Origin: Candidatus Danuiimicrobium aquiferis
GTDB lineage: Bacteria; Omnitrophota; Omnitrophia; Omnitrophales; Danuiimicrobiaceae
Assembly: GCA_001804285.1 (NCBI GenBank)
Contig: MHFR01000048.1
Coordinates: forward strand, 43,622-107,621
DNA: 64,000 nucleotides
Direction: 5' to 3'
Shown here: positions 61,663 to 64,000 of the stretch, piece by piece
Layout of the letters: every line of letters begins with the position of its first letter
Position numbering within the stretch: position 1 is the stretch's first letter
Notes under the pieces: model-generated
Told to the model about the DNA's origin: nothing
Seen by the model: only the letters and a program-made list of their open reading frames with translations
The model's database searches: none
Translations under genes and position numbers: made by a program

Positions 61663-62583
61663 ATGCTTCTTTCGAGGAAGAGAAAAATTGATCATCAAGC
61701 CATCAAGACTGTGGTCATTAGCCGCGATGAAAGACTGCTTCAGTGGATGCGTAAAATTGCCGCGGAACATGATCAGGTTTTTATCGATTTTGAGTATATT
61801 TCCAATTTTGATTTTGGATTAGAACTCATTACCACTAAAAAAATGGATCTTGTTTTATTTGATTTATCTTCTTTTGAAGCCAACAAGATGGACTTAATGA
61901 TGAAGATCCTTGATCAGGCCGAAAATGTTCCCGTGATTGTCCTCGCTCAAATCAACGATGAAGCATGCGCCCTGGAAGCCATCGAAAAAGGGGCGCAGGA
62001 TTATTTGACGAAAGAACTGCTTGATCCGAATCAAGTTTTTCGTGCGATTCGCTGTGCGGTTCTCCGGCATGATATGATTCGAGAACTTCGTGTTTTGTCC
62101 ATGACGGATGAATTAACCGGTGTTCAGAACCGGAGAGGTTTTCATCATTTGGCGGAACAACAGATGAAGCTTGCGATAAGAGCAAAGCGCGGGCTTGTTT
62201 TGATTTTCGCGGATGTGGACAGGATGAAATGGATTAATGATGCTTACGGTCATCAAGCGGGAGATATGGCGCTTGCCGAAGCGACGGAAGTTTTACGGAA
62301 AACATTCCGCGGCTCGGACATTATCGGCCGGATCGGCGGAGATGAATTTGCCGTGCTTGCGATTGAGGCGCATAAAGAGAATGTTCCGATCCTGATGAGC
62401 CGTTTGAAATATACGCTTGAAGAACACAATCGCCAAAAAAAGCATAATTATGAGTTATCGCTCAGCATTGGGGCTGCATGGTATGACCCGACGGTGTCTC
62501 ATGTTTCTTTTGAAGATATGATGGCGCGTGCGGATGAGGCGATGTATGCGCACAAACTTGCCAAAATGCAATCGTATATATAA
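61663..62583 (+). CDS. response-regulator-like (degenerate receiver) GGDEF diguanylate cyclase
   Basis: DLVLFDL receiver-like aspartate. RIGGDEF with upstream RxGF (NRRGF). Confidence 0.8.
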   Translation: MLLSRKRKIDHQAIKTVVISRDERLLQWMRKIAAEHDQVFIDFEYISNFDFGLELITTKKMDLVLFDLSSFEANKMDLMMKILDQAENVPVIVLAQINDEACALEAIEKGAQDYLTKELLDPNQVFRAIRCAVLRHDMIRELRVLSMTDELTGVQNRRGFHHLAEQQMKLAIRAKRGLVLIFADVDRMKWINDAYGHQAGDMALAEATEVLRKTFRGSDIIGRIGGDEFAVLAIEAHKENVPILMSRLKYTLEEHNRQKKHNYELSLSIGAAWYDPTVSHVSFEDMMARADEAMYAHKLAKMQSYI

Positions 62584-62680
62584 TGCTTCATCAATTTTCC
62601 TTTCCCGAAGAAGCGGTTAGGGAGCCGGACAGATTGATCAGATAAGATCATCCAATCAAGAAAGATTATCAGGAGGAGTT

Positions 62681-64000
62681 ATGGATTTTCGGACGGAGAA
62701 AGATTCGATGGGGGAAGTTAAAGTTCCGAAAGATAAATATTATGGGGCGCAGTCTGAGCGTTCGCTTACGCATTTTAAGATTGGCGAAGAAAAATTCCCA
62801 AGGGTGTTTATTCATTCGTATGCAATTTTAAAAAAGGCGTGTGCCTTGGTGAACGCGGAGCTTAAAATCCTTCCGTCCGAAAAAAAAGATTTAATCGCGA
62901 GAGCATGCGATGAAGTTATTAGCGGAAAATGGGACGATCATTTTCCGCTATCCGTTTGGCAGACCGGAAGCGGGACTCAAACGAATATGAATGTGAATGA
63001 AGTCATTGCCAACCGCGCCATTGAACTCGCCGGAGGTGTGTTGGGAAGCAAGCAGCCGGTACATCCGAATGATGATGTCAACCTATCTCAATCCTCCAAT
63101 GACACGTTTCCGTCCGTGATGCATATTTCTGCGGTGATCGAGATACAAGAGCGGTTGATTCCGGCATTGAAAAAATTATGGGGAACATTTGAAAAAAAAG
63201 GGGATGCGTTTAAATCGATTGTCAAAGTTGGGCGGACGCATTTAATGGATGCGGTTCCTTTAACCATCGGGCAGGAATTTTCAGGGTATGTAACACAGTT
63301 GAAAAATGGGATTGCGAGGATTAACGGGTGTTTTCCGCGTTTATATGAATTGGCATTGGGAGGTACGGCTGTCGGGACAGGGCTTAATGCGCCGAAAGGT
63401 TTTTCAGAAAAAGCCGCGAAGAAAATTTCTGAATTGACAGGGTTTCCTTTTGTGTCGTCGCCCAATAAATTTGAATCGATAGCAAGCCATGACGCCATGG
63501 TTGAATTAAGCGGTGTATTAAAAACAATAGCCGCATCATTGTTTAAAATTGCAAATGACATCCGGTTGTCGGCATCCGGTCCTCGATGCGGAATCGGCGA
63601 ACTTAGCATTCCCGAAAATGAGCCGGGCTCGAGTATGATGCCCGGAAAAGTAAATCCCACTCAGTGCGAAGCGATGACGATGGTGGCGATTCAAGTCATG
63701 GGCAATGACGCAGCGGTTGGGTTTGGCGGTGCTTCCGGAAATTTCGAGTTAAATGCGTATAAGCCGCTCATGATTTATAATGTTCTTCAATCTCTTCGGT
63801 TGCTTTCTGATGCGTGCAATAGTTTTAATGATTTTTGTGTGGTCGGCATTGAGCCGAATATTCCTGTCATTCAAAATAATCTCAATCAGTCGTTTATGCT
63901 TGTGACAGCGCTTAATCCGCATATCGGCTATGATAAAGCGGCCCAGATTGCAAAAAAAGCATATCGAGAAAATATGACGCTGAAAGAAGCGGCGGTTAGT
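62681..64000 (+). CDS. fumC: class II fumarate hydratase, 3'-truncated at window end
   Basis: AGGAGG RBS 5 nt upstream of ATG. Signature [18 protein letters not shown]-terminal [21 protein letters not shown]. Confidence 0.85.
   Translation, partial: MDFRTEKDSMGEVKVPKDKYYGAQSERSLTHFKIGEEKFPRVFIHSYAILKKACALVNAELKILPSEKKDLIARACDEVISGKWDDHFPLSVWQTGSGTQTNMNVNEVIANRAIELAGGVLGSKQPVHPNDDVNLSQSSNDTFPSVMHISAVIEIQERLIPALKKLWGTFEKKGDAFKSIVKVGRTHLMDAVPLTIGQEFSGYVTQLKNGIARINGCFPRLYELALGGTAVGTGLNAPKGFSEKAAKKISELTGFPFVSSPNKFESIASHDAMVELSGVLKTIAASLFKIANDIRLSASGPRCGIGELSIPENEPGSSMMPGKVNPTQCEAMTMVAIQVMGNDAAVGFGGASGNFELNAYKPLMIYNVLQSLRLLSDACNSFNDFCVVGIEPNIPVIQNNLNQSFMLVTALNPHIGYDKAAQIAKKAYRENMTLKEAAVS

Noticed and set aside
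63088-63660. 190-aa ORF on minus strand
   Set aside because: Antisense to a clearly conserved class II fumarase reading frame ([17 protein letters not shown]) that runs off the window end.
1-64000. CRISPR array
   Set aside because: The many palindromic repeats are dispersed at irregular spacings of kilobases, belong to several unrelated families, and have no regularly spaced unique spacers. No cas genes are present.
1-64000. tRNA/rRNA genes in intergenic gaps (e.g. 18402-18739, 22685-22965, 52877-53106, 57610-57885)
   Set aside because: I could find no cloverleaf-compatible sequence with conserved T-loop (GTTCRANNC) or D-loop features by eye, and no rRNA-like conserved blocks. A tRNAscan or Infernal run would be needed to be sure.

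Overview
This 64-kb window appears to be bacterial chromosome at roughly 45% GC with a metagenome-like gene set. A GldG/DUF4340 pair and very abundant palindromic MITEs weakly suggest an FCB-group (Bacteroidota/Ignavibacteriota-like) organism; that assignment is not secure. I called about 37 protein genes, mostly housekeeping. I recognised no rRNA, tRNA or CRISPR array.

The standout feature is a single uninterrupted 21.9-kb ORF (27654..49532, 7,292 codons). It encodes a membrane-anchored multi-domain protein containing:
- a TraB/GumN-like N-terminal domain;
- an unmistakable MutS core (domain III) plus MutS ATPase (domain V), with the DNA-clamp region replaced by a transmembrane hairpin;
- a degenerate Glu/Leu/Phe/Val-dehydrogenase-like NAD-binding domain;
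- HEAT/TPR-like helical repeats and internal module duplications;
- at least nine copies of dispersed palindromic repeat elements and terminator-like hairpins, all kept in frame.

The second theme is a dense, modular MITE landscape. One TIR framework carries interchangeable palindromic cores. One hairpin family looks like an intrinsic terminator and sits both at gene ends and inside the giant ORF. Insertions at gene 3' ends are repeatedly flanked by 12- to 66-bp direct duplications of the gene's terminal codons; one such pair brackets a whole PD40-repeat gene.

All domain calls come from motif recognition by eye. Coordinates of starts and sub-domains are approximate.
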